Below are positions 37,301 through 44,551 of a DNA stretch of 54,327 nt, in pieces; the stretch's first letter is position 1, and every line of letters begins with the position of its first letter. The position numbers and the translations under genes were made by a program. Under the pieces are notes generated by a model that made no database searches, had not been told where the DNA came from, and saw only the letters and a list, made by a program, of their open reading frames with translations. Source of the stretch: a virus (Duplodnaviria; Caudoviricetes); IMG/VR virus record IMGVR_UViG_3300032246_002540, positions 1 to 54,327 of that record. The stretch is one strand, 5' to 3'.

Positions 37301-38275
37301 GCTCTGGTCAGTAGACAGAATCCAGAAAAAGTGCTACAATACTATCATGGATCAGGTCACCCCAGCAAAGAATGGGTAAGCAAGGTGGAACGCAGAGTAC
37401 ACAGTTTCGAAAGCACTCTAAACGAATATGATGTCCGCGGTTACACGCTGAAAAGTGTATTTCCAGACGGTGACATACAGGTTAGCGGTCACGTGTTGGA
37501 TCGTGCAGATGAGTATCACGTCAGCAAGCGTGAGATAGACACCTGCTTGCATCTGGCTGGACAAAAATATCAGAGACGTTTGTTCGATCTGGAAAATGTA
37601 AACTTTGTCGTCCGCAGCCATGGCGTGGGAATAAGCCTGGCTGTGAGCAAAGTGGAAGGAATAAACGGATACTACTATAAAGTCCGCACACTGCACAGAC
37701 AGCTGAGAACAGGTGTGGGCCAGGACGTATTGATGGTGGAAGACAGTTTCCCCGCCCACCAACCTTTCCGTGTGTATCTGGATATGGACGGCGTGCTGGC
37801 TGATTTCTTCGGCGAATGGAGCAGATTGTCTGGTGTCAATCACTACAAAGACATAGCAGATGTGGGTGCAAAGCTACAGATGGTCAGAGAACATCCCACA
37901 TTCTGGACCAACCTGCCAGTGCTACCACACGCCAAGACACTGGTACGTGCTGTGATAGATATGTTCGGTGAATATTACATTTGCAGCAAGCCGCTGGAAG
38001 GCGATCCTCGCAGCGCACCAGGCAAACGTGCCTGGATACAGCGTAACCTGTCGGAAATGCCACCAGCTGACATCGTGCTTACCAGCAACAAGGCGGAGTT
38101 TGCTACCACTGAGACTGGCCCAGCCATATTGATAGATGATTATGGCATCAATGTGAATCAGTGGCAGATGGCTGGTGGTATCGGTCTTAAATACGAAGAC
38201 ACTCCCGCAGGCACCAACTTGTCACACGTACTCAAAGTGTTGCAAACGTTCGCCAAAGCAGGAAGCCAACTATGA
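34340..38275 (+). CDS. polyvalent protein: amidoligase-like domain, small repeats, possible BECR-like module and C-terminal HAD 5'(3')-nucleotidase
   Basis: IGFEMEL, EPDGSI, EFISP, STGFHMGIS, EIRSAG; YLDMDGVLADF...GKRAW...LIDD. Confidence 0.7.
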   Translation: MSTIFDKYNLHRHIIAEEQDLLEVNMSPGALNDFAKSESAQGMTIGFEMELVMNDLPDEGGYSGESETEADMEYNDDFPTGSGWRNDVISWLEGGDNPNGDRDVERTMEWFDEQFFEYADEMFANALDEDEDLQEEVRKEIHDILALQDKPSDTDAIAAEYDEQTDIYTDAVDRVKEGWQENEIDNAFDDFRRQYRIRDMEDFLNYVNRNHPRISLNWPYITYSGGNGEGGDLGDYLQDVANELEVKLKRVNSAFYVVVSQDYHDESREENKFIIEPDGSISPQGREFISPAMPFADGIAAMQVMFQWAQNQGYKTNHSTGFHMGISLPNHETQNIDHMKFVLMLGDNYVLEKFNRAKAHYAVSTAATMRDTLKRNSQVTKEQVAQYLRQMADGVQDLATAELNKLLVPRGEHRQSVNIKKNYMEIRSAGDNYLPRFDEIRLTLLRYLKTLEISADDQAYRKEYAKKLSKFLTNTNMIRTVDPITGRKSVAAKESLDATVQRAFEEYFSALQRGESGDEAIQKLTEKLNSYKGDKVGQLKQQLRSKRANNDPSATKLKYQGSDRVEFSATGSAYDVLNSFIEQLRDAGMGVQHEKAMYIEAPKGQILYNVEFRYRASTREFSYWCFATDKRGAMEQAKKAWNTGADQPGDSWLAYEQTGDNQSLYYILRHYLDSNKTPPALPVDRTTGSPAQAEQPEERPITYSLRGLDDRGIVTFTTTNDQSALDAANRFISQHSQYNYNNVELFRYANDGVSRQPVNLFNHTSLGNAQEQPAQANIPAWSPNARVAYQLVDRNGSPITAFTDGARIPTNSLFYAADSLEAVRRAADLDRIHGLPQGYRVRPFGGPGSGSGGQSQANTAGTSETYIITYRDPQGHAHQTAYDANSDREAEALFMRQHPAGYWIEAIVTQQQHSIEGTPGTFIVTYLSPQGNEQQTTYNANSATEAASLFRIHHPASYRLHQIERVRESVGESAEVTETLKKVKGKWALVSRQNPEKVLQYYHGSGHPSKEWVSKVERRVHSFESTLNEYDVRGYTLKSVFPDGDIQVSGHVLDRADEYHVSKREIDTCLHLAGQKYQRRLFDLENVNFVVRSHGVGISLAVSKVEGINGYYYKVRTLHRQLRTGVGQDVLMVEDSFPAHQPFRVYLDMDGVLADFFGEWSRLSGVNHYKDIADVGAKLQMVREHPTFWTNLPVLPHAKTLVRAVIDMFGEYYICSKPLEGDPRSAPGKRAWIQRNLSEMPPADIVLTSNKAEFATTETGPAILIDDYGINVNQWQMAGGIGLKYEDTPAGTNLSHVLKVLQTFAKAGSQL
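36932..37230 (+). repeat. tandem ~50-aa repeats within the polyvalent protein
   Basis: TYIITYRDPQG..QTAYDANSDREAEALF..HPAGY vs TFIVTYLSPQG..QTTYNANSATEAASLF..HPASY. Confidence 0.8.
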
Positions 38276-38285
38276 GGGCTAATAA

Positions 38286-38546
38286 ATGTACAGCGACCAT
38301 CATGTCTGGGATCAAATATACAACATTTGTTTAACTTATACCGATACAACGCCTGCAATAAAAACTACAGATATCAAGAAAAAAGCTGCTAGATATCTGG
38401 CTATGGATCAGAAATCCAAGATAACCAAAAGCGATCAGAGACGCATCTGTGCCAAAGCAAAAAAAATCAAAAAACACAGTGAAAAGATGCTGAAACTACA
38501 GGAACAACTGATGGCTAAAAAAGTCATACAGGTTTATAATGGATGA
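38286..38546 (+). CDS. basic hypothetical protein
   Basis: GAGG SD; Lys-rich. Confidence 0.55.
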   Translation: MYSDHHVWDQIYNICLTYTDTTPAIKTTDIKKKAARYLAMDQKSKITKSDQRRICAKAKKIKKHSEKMLKLQEQLMAKKVIQVYNG

Positions 38547-38880
38547 TTTTGATTTTTACGTTATCCTGAGACCAGTTGATAAAATTAAAACAAAATTTTA
38601 TAGAGTGTATGCTTTTGTAAAAAAAGACAATCATGCTCATAGACAATTATTGGTAGAGCGAGATTGTACTGGATTAAAAGACAATCAGTGGATCATAGAG
38701 AGATTTACCTTGCGCCTAGATAAAACCAATGCCAAAGTAAATCTGGTATGCGAAGCAAATGATGGATCTTTGGAAATCTATGAAGTTGCCTATAATGGTG
38801 GCAAATTTTTTAATATTTTAAACACTAATCTCTACTCCTTTAACGCTTATCAGATTGATTTCAATTTAACATGTTCATAA
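38539..38880 (+). CDS. hypothetical protein (AT-rich)
   Basis: Overlaps the upstream gene; visibly lower GC. Confidence 0.55.
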   Translation: MDDFDFYVILRPVDKIKTKFYRVYAFVKKDNHAHRQLLVERDCTGLKDNQWIIERFTLRLDKTNAKVNLVCEANDGSLEIYEVAYNGGKFFNILNTNLYSFNAYQIDFNLTCS

Positions 38881-38906
38881 TAAATATGCTAAGAGGAAAA
38901 TAACCT

Positions 38907-40211
38907 ATGGCATACACTATCAAAGACAATCCAATTCATGGTAAACTGCTAGCAGATAGCAAAAATAAGATAGTTGTCACAGACTATAAAAAAGCTGTGC
39001 AACTGGCAGAAAATTACAGCGGTATCAATGTATTGAAAGCAAGTCCTGGCCGATTCATGGTACAGTTACCTGAACACGTCAACAGCATAGAAGAATGTGA
39101 TTGCCAGAACAACGATATCAGCTATTCCAGTGGTATGCCTAATCCTGCTAGTTACAACCAATATCCTGATCACGAAGTACAGATGGCCAGACAGGAATTG
39201 TATCGCACAGCCAAGCTGGCCATGATGACACACGAATTGCTCAAGCACGTGGGCGAGCGCCAGGGCCTGGAAGGCTGGGTGCAGAGCAAACTGACTCGCG
39301 CAGCGGATTACATCGAGACAGTATATGGCTACTTGGATTACGAGATGCGCTATCCCAGCGAAATGTACGAATCAGCGCCAGTAAAAAAAAACAAAGGCAG
39401 AATAAAAGAAGCGATTAAACCCATAACACCATTACCCAGACTGGGCCCAGCCCCACGAGGTATGGAAGGCAGTCCCATCACACTCAGTACAGAAGATCCA
39501 CAGAATCCCGGTCGTCCTCCCATCAGGGCGGAAAAGGTGCCAGGAATGGTCAAGATGGTACCAGTGGATGACAACGGTCAAGCAGAAGGTCCGCCCATCG
39601 ATGTTCCTGGTTTCGAAGTGGCACTGAAGCAGAAAGCCGGATACAAAGTGATCGGTGAGATGGCCAGTGCCGGTGCAAGCAGTGCCGGTGGTATGGCTGG
39701 CAGCCCAGCAGCTGGTGCAGGCAGTTTGTTTGGAGGTAATTTCCAACAACGTGGCAATCCTTTCCGTAAAAAGAAGAAAAAAGTGCGTGAAGTTATAATG
39801 AAACCAGAAGATATGTCTGATGAAAAACAAGACAGGATCAATAACAATAGACCGGAAGACACCACTGATATAATCAACAGGATGAAAACTAACCGTGCTA
39901 TGGATACGTTTCAATCTGGAATGCCCGACATCCTAAAACAAGTGAAAAAAGTCCGGGAAACAGATGATGATCCATTGGTGAAAAATCTGCCACCCATCAA
40001 CACCACAGGTGACAATAGCCGTACTGCCAAATTGGCCGCTGCTGCCACAGGTAGCACAGCGGCAACCCCTGCCGCTACAAACAGCCGTAAAAGCGCACAA
40101 GATTTCATGAAGATGGATACAAAAGAAAGCAGCACTGGTCCCAAATTCACTGGCTATTGGAAAGGCAAAGACAAGGGCAAGCCCGGCAACAAGATGGTAG
40201 GAAGCAACTGA
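38907..40211 (+). CDS. multi-module late protein (candidate polyprotein)
   Basis: TAAATA 38881-38886 and GAGG SD; modules separated by IEE, MYE, IKE, IGE, VRE, VRE; includes EVQMARQEL..LEGWVQSKLTRAADY. Confidence 0.7.
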   Translation: MAYTIKDNPIHGKLLADSKNKIVVTDYKKAVQLAENYSGINVLKASPGRFMVQLPEHVNSIEECDCQNNDISYSSGMPNPASYNQYPDHEVQMARQELYRTAKLAMMTHELLKHVGERQGLEGWVQSKLTRAADYIETVYGYLDYEMRYPSEMYESAPVKKNKGRIKEAIKPITPLPRLGPAPRGMEGSPITLSTEDPQNPGRPPIRAEKVPGMVKMVPVDDNGQAEGPPIDVPGFEVALKQKAGYKVIGEMASAGASSAGGMAGSPAAGAGSLFGGNFQQRGNPFRKKKKKVREVIMKPEDMSDEKQDRINNNRPEDTTDIINRMKTNRAMDTFQSGMPDILKQVKKVRETDDDPLVKNLPPINTTGDNSRTAKLAAAATGSTAATPAATNSRKSAQDFMKMDTKESSTGPKFTGYWKGKDKGKPGNKMVGSN

Positions 40212-40212
40212 T

Positions 40213-41013
40213 ATGAGAGCATATGAAATTATCACAGAAAATTTTGACAAAAGCCATGGCAGTGCCTATGATTGCGGCGGTGCAGACAGCTGGTATGGCC
40301 GCAGATTTGCTCCACACAAATATGTTGAAATGCCAAATGGCAACCGCCAACGTGTGGAATTGACAGATCCCGAAGAGATAGCTGCATACAAGGCAGGCTA
40401 TGAGGCTGAAGGCGGTCAGGGTAAAAATTATGGCGAAAGCGTAACAGAAGCGGCTAACGCTGCACAACAGGCCGCTATCGCAATCAGCATGAAGAAAGCT
40501 GGCAAGAAACCCAAACGCAAGATGAAAGAGGATGAAGAGCAAAGCTCATATCCCACTGATGCTCCCATCGGCACCAAATACGGCAGTTTCAGGACACCAG
40601 GTGGTGTCAAGATGAACAAGTTCACAGGACCTGAAATGGTACCTGATATCAGACCTGCCAGGTTAGGCGCCCCCAAGGCACGTTTTCCAGTCGATGCACC
40701 AGTAGGCACCAAATATGGCAGCTTCACTGATAAGGATACTGGTGAACAGATGGACAAGTATGTGGGCCATGAGCTGACACCACACTTCCAGCCTCGTAGC
40801 AAGGGTCCTTGGATACCCAAACCCGACGATACGGCAGCACAAGGTACACCAGCGCACGACGAAGCCACTTTTAAAACCACAGAGAGCGCAAAAAAAGGCC
40901 TGTATTATAATGTAAATAAACGTAAGGAAAAAGGCACCAGTCGCAGCAAGAACGATCCTGGAGCACCCAGCGAACAGGATTGGAAAAACGCCGCAAAGAC
41001 TGCTAAAAAATAA
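40213..41013 (+). CDS. multi-module protein with capsid-targeting-like N-terminus
   Basis: MRAYEIITE start; VTE-AANAAQQAAIAI, MKE, TTE-SAKKGLYYN modules; internal duplication. Confidence 0.7.
   Translation: MRAYEIITENFDKSHGSAYDCGGADSWYGRRFAPHKYVEMPNGNRQRVELTDPEEIAAYKAGYEAEGGQGKNYGESVTEAANAAQQAAIAISMKKAGKKPKRKMKEDEEQSSYPTDAPIGTKYGSFRTPGGVKMNKFTGPEMVPDIRPARLGAPKARFPVDAPVGTKYGSFTDKDTGEQMDKYVGHELTPHFQPRSKGPWIPKPDDTAAQGTPAHDEATFKTTESAKKGLYYNVNKRKEKGTSRSKNDPGAPSEQDWKNAAKTAKK
40549..40773 (+). repeat. internal duplication (Y/F)PxDAPxGTKYGSF...MxKxxGxE
   Basis: YPTDAPIGTKYGSF..MNKFTGPE and FPVDAPVGTKYGSF..MDKYVGHE; GGCACCAAATA(C/T)GGCAG(T/C)TTC at DNA level. Confidence 0.85.
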
Positions 41014-41024
41014 GGAATAGTAAT

Positions 41025-41171
41025 ATGGCCAAAGCACCCAAGCAAACTGTAATACAAAAAAGAATAAGTGTTAATAAGAAAACAAGTCAGGGTTTGGGTA
41101 ATATCAAGATGGCCAGTATGAACAAAAAAACCAAAGCCAGCTTTAAAAAGTACAGAGGACAAGGCAAATGA
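41025..41171 (+). CDS. small basic protein (48 aa, not in the ORF track)
   Basis: AAGGA SD; MAKAPKQ...SMNKKTKASFKKYRGQGK*. Confidence 0.7.
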   Translation: MAKAPKQTVIQKRISVNKKTSQGLGNIKMASMNKKTKASFKKYRGQGK

Positions 41172-41608
41172 GTGATATGCGTGAATTGATCGACAGATTG
41201 ACTGCAATCAGTGAAGATCGTCCTGCCAAAGGTGATGGTATCTATCTGGAGTTTGGCAACACTCTCTGTGTGGAATCAGAAATCATCGATATCACAGAAT
41301 CAGGTGATTTTATCATCAGTGGGGATGACAGATTCATGCGTGTTGTGGAAAGCCTGGAACTCATGGAAGCTGAGTATCATGGTCGCAAAGTGCCTCTGAA
41401 CAAGCCTATGCGCGGCGATGTTAAGAAAAGCAAAGTATACGTCAAGGATCCCAAGACAGGTAACATCAAGAAAGTCAACTTCGGCGATAAAAAGATGCGT
41501 ATCAAGAAAAGCATCCCTGGTCGTCGCAAAAATTTCCGTGCCAGACATCATTGTGAAAATCCCGGACCCAAGACCAAAGCCAGATATTGGAGTTGCAGGG
41601 CCTGGTAA
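41168..41608 (+). CDS. two-module protein (acidic module + basic Cys/His module)
   Basis: MSDMRELIDRLTAISE start; LME-AEYHGRKV..VNFGD..FRARHHC..ARYWSCRAW. Confidence 0.75.
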   Translation: MSDMRELIDRLTAISEDRPAKGDGIYLEFGNTLCVESEIIDITESGDFIISGDDRFMRVVESLELMEAEYHGRKVPLNKPMRGDVKKSKVYVKDPKTGNIKKVNFGDKKMRIKKSIPGRRKNFRARHHCENPGPKTKARYWSCRAW

Positions 41609-42147
41609 TGAGAGCAACAGAATTCATCACAGAAGCAGATGCTGTTGCTAAAAAACCTGCTGCTCCGGCTGCAGAAGTTAACCCTGAAAGCAATTTTGGT
41701 ACCGCTGTACAAAATGCCATAGGCAGTGCCATCAAGAACAGCCCTATAGGCAGTGCTATCGATACGGTAGACGCCATCCGCAAAGGCGATGTGGGCGGCG
41801 CTGTGGGGTCTGCTGTTGGTGGCGTAGGTAGGACCGCAGGCTATGCTTTGGGTGGCCTTCCTGGATTGGCTGTTGGTTCAGCATTAGATGCTGCTGGCAA
41901 CGCTATCAAAAACACTACTACTGGAGGGGCTGCACAGGTCAATCCCAATAAGCCAACAAAACCCAAGAAGATAGCCGAAGCCAGCGGTCACATTCCCAAG
42001 GACGAAGAAGAAGCAAAAGATCCCCGCTACAGCAATGCACTGACTGTGGACATACATCCTGGCGAAGATGCCAAACAAGCAGCCAAATTAGGGTTCCAAT
42101 TAGACAACGGTCGCCCACCACTTCTAAGCACGTCAGGCAAACGATGA
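41608..42147 (+). CDS. protein with capsid-targeting-like N-terminus and Gly-zipper module
   Basis: MRATEFITE start; GxxxG-rich segment; IAE-ASGHIP second module. Confidence 0.7.
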   Translation: MRATEFITEADAVAKKPAAPAAEVNPESNFGTAVQNAIGSAIKNSPIGSAIDTVDAIRKGDVGGAVGSAVGGVGRTAGYALGGLPGLAVGSALDAAGNAIKNTTTGGAAQVNPNKPTKPKKIAEASGHIPKDEEEAKDPRYSNALTVDIHPGEDAKQAAKLGFQLDNGRPPLLSTSGKR

Positions 42148-42932
42148 GTGTCCTGGAATACAATCGTAGCATCAACCCCCTGAGAGAATCCAAACATACA
42201 GATTATCACGGTCCCAGTGACAGTGCAGAAAACCGTCGTGCCAACTATACCGGCCCAGAATACACATACAGATTCAATGATCAGGGATTTAGATCTCCCG
42301 AACTAACACCCAATGATCCCTGTATAGTCAGTTTTGGATGCAGTATCACTATGGGTCAAGGCGTACCAGAAGAAAAAAGATTTGCCAATTTGTTAGCAGA
42401 AAGATATGATCTGAACCATTACTGCTTTGCAGCTGGCGGCAGTGACAACTTGTGCATTTTTAAAAATTTCACAAGTTTTTTCAAAAATAATCTGGAAGGT
42501 TTGGATACCAAGTTAGTGGTAATATTGTGGAGTTTTCCCAGTAGAGTAAGCATTTGCAAATTAGATGCAAAAGGTTTACCTTGGGAACGTACTTTAGTAA
42601 ATGACGAATCATATCCTGACGATGATGAGCTTGCTGATTTTCACCTTGGTTGGATCAATCATAGTGCCGATCTTTATACACTGCAATTTATCAAAGCAGC
42701 AGATATCATTGCTAAACTAGCAGGTATAAAATTGGTGCAGCTTTGTATCGAAGATATTAAAACCCCCTATCTGCCTATAGACAGTTTCCATAGTAAACCC
42801 GATTGGTACAAGCATCCTTCCTTGTTAGGTATCGTGGATCTGGGCAGAGATATACATCCAGGTATGGCTAGCCATCAAAATATTGCAGATATAATTATAG
42901 ATATTTGCGATATGCAACAGTGGCGATTTTGA
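42144..42932 (+). CDS. SGNH/GDSL hydrolase-like protein
   Basis: FGCSITMG, GGSDN, D..HPG..SH. Confidence 0.6.
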   Translation: MSVLEYNRSINPLRESKHTDYHGPSDSAENRRANYTGPEYTYRFNDQGFRSPELTPNDPCIVSFGCSITMGQGVPEEKRFANLLAERYDLNHYCFAAGGSDNLCIFKNFTSFFKNNLEGLDTKLVVILWSFPSRVSICKLDAKGLPWERTLVNDESYPDDDELADFHLGWINHSADLYTLQFIKAADIIAKLAGIKLVQLCIEDIKTPYLPIDSFHSKPDWYKHPSLLGIVDLGRDIHPGMASHQNIADIIIDICDMQQWRF

Positions 42933-42942
42933 TAAATAAAAT

Positions 42943-43296
42943 ATGCGTGTAAGAGAAATAACAGAAGCTGTGATGAGTGTGGGCATACAAGGTCGTAGCC
43001 CAGTGAGTCCAGGCGCACGTGGTTTGATGGCCAGTCGTTGGAAGTACAAGACTGTCACAGATGCAGCAGAACCTGTGAATATGAAAAATGCTGTAGCTAG
43101 GCTAGCTGCCAAATTGGATGACGTGGAAAAGATCGATTACGACAGCATAAATGATCTGATGCAACAGATTTGTATGACACAGGCCATAGACCCCAAAGAT
43201 CTACATAAAGAATTTGTCAAAAAATATAATTTGACTCCTGATCGTTATGCTGTTAAATTAAAGCATGATAGAAAAAACAGACCCCGTAGCGTTTAA
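42943..43296 (+). CDS. protein with capsid-targeting-like N-terminus
   Basis: MRVREITE start, ATG 4 nt after TAAATA; DYDSINDLMQQI..DLHKEFVKKY..TPD. Confidence 0.7.
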   Translation: MRVREITEAVMSVGIQGRSPVSPGARGLMASRWKYKTVTDAAEPVNMKNAVARLAAKLDDVEKIDYDSINDLMQQICMTQAIDPKDLHKEFVKKYNLTPDRYAVKLKHDRKNRPRSV

Positions 43297-43450
43297 AACG
43301 CCAGATCCCAGACTACACTTATACATCAGCCTCGTCAAAAGCGGTTTAAGGTTAGGTGCAGGCACCGCACTTATCTTCAATGATCCTGTGCTTGCAGGTG
43401 CTCTACTGATAGCAGCAGAACTCCTAGGTATTGCTGAGGAGCTGGTATGA
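43265..43450 (+). CDS. small membrane protein
   Basis: HLYISLVKSGLRL...LIAAELLGIAEEL, hydrophobic. Confidence 0.6.
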   Translation: MIEKTDPVAFKTPDPRLHLYISLVKSGLRLGAGTALIFNDPVLAGALLIAAELLGIAEELV

Positions 43451-43890
43451 GCACCACAGCCTACGACGATCAATTTGTAACAATAAACACTCACGGCAGT
43501 GGAAGCGGTGCTGGAACAACCTATACCGGATATGGTGCTGTTCCACCATTAGGTGCCGGCGCTGTTGGTGCCACTGGTAGTTTTTCAATTCCAAGTGGAA
43601 CATTAAGTATTGGTAGTAATAGTCCACAGTGGAGCAGTATAGGTTCAGGATCAACATCAATGACCACAAGTATCTTAAGTATAATGGCTGAGGGCGATGG
43701 TGACGCTATGATCAAAACCAAGAAGAATACCATCAACCTGGACCAGATGGCCACTATGATGGAAACCGTTAAAGAACGATTGCTGATCTTGGCACCAAAT
43801 TTCGAATTACATGAAAAATATCCAGCACTTAAAGAAGCCTATGAACACTACAAAGTGTTGGAAGCAATGATGGCGGCCGACGATAAATAA
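43447..43890 (+). CDS. hypothetical protein (G/S/T-rich N-terminus)
   Basis: GAGGAG SD; C-terminal KYPALKEAYEHYK module shared with 9500..9826. Confidence 0.65.
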   Translation: MSTTAYDDQFVTINTHGSGSGAGTTYTGYGAVPPLGAGAVGATGSFSIPSGTLSIGSNSPQWSSIGSGSTSMTTSILSIMAEGDGDAMIKTKKNTINLDQMATMMETVKERLLILAPNFELHEKYPALKEAYEHYKVLEAMMAADDK

Positions 43891-43893
43891 TCG

Positions 43894-44184
43894 ATGCTGC
43901 CAGTAACACTTAATGAATATGCACTAGATAATCTGAGTTTGAGCCATTGCCTGCGTCGTACTCGCACCAGTCCCAGGTACAACGTGCAATTAGTGGAATC
44001 AGGTATCCGTATCACAGATAATGAACACTTCGACATCTGTCTCACAAGCGATTTCCAATATGTAGAGGGCGCACCTGTATTCGTGTACAAAACTCTCAGC
44101 GAAAGCTGTGCATACAGCAAACGCCAGGAAATCACGGACTGGCTGGAAAGAGCTAAGATTAAATTTGAATCCGGCTACATTTAG
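43894..44184 (+). CDS. hypothetical protein
   Basis: ATG 4 nt after TAAATA (43884-43889). Confidence 0.55.
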   Translation: MLPVTLNEYALDNLSLSHCLRRTRTSPRYNVQLVESGIRITDNEHFDICLTSDFQYVEGAPVFVYKTLSESCAYSKRQEITDWLERAKIKFESGYI

Positions 44185-44213
44185 TAGTATAATATCAATC
44201 AATGGAGTGATCA

Positions 44214-44486
44214 ATGAGTACCAGAAACTTTAACCCGGAAGAACGGGCGAAACTTAAATCCCTTATGACCGAAAGCATGGGTGTTATGACAGAGATCGAA
44301 GTGCTGTCAGGCGGGCTGAACGATACAATCAGCGCCATCGCAGAAGAAATGCAGATTAAACCCAGTGTATTAAAGCGGGCAATCAAGATGGCACAGAAAC
44401 GCGACTTCGATCGTGTGCGCGATGACCTGGATCTGATCGAAAGCATCCTCAATAGTACAGATAAATTGCAGAATCCCGAAGACTAA
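44214..44486 (+). CDS. small dsDNA-binding protein (T4 DsbA/GapR-like)
   Basis: Helical 90 aa; DTISAIAEEMQIKPSVLKRAIKMAQK; just upstream of the polymerase; GGAG SD. Confidence 0.55.
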   Translation: MSTRNFNPEERAKLKSLMTESMGVMTEIEVLSGGLNDTISAIAEEMQIKPSVLKRAIKMAQKRDFDRVRDDLDLIESILNSTDKLQNPED

Positions 44487-44551
44487 ATTATAATAAGCCG
44501 TAGCGATACGATGCAGTATGGTAGGCCAACCACAACAGGCCAGGAGTATAA

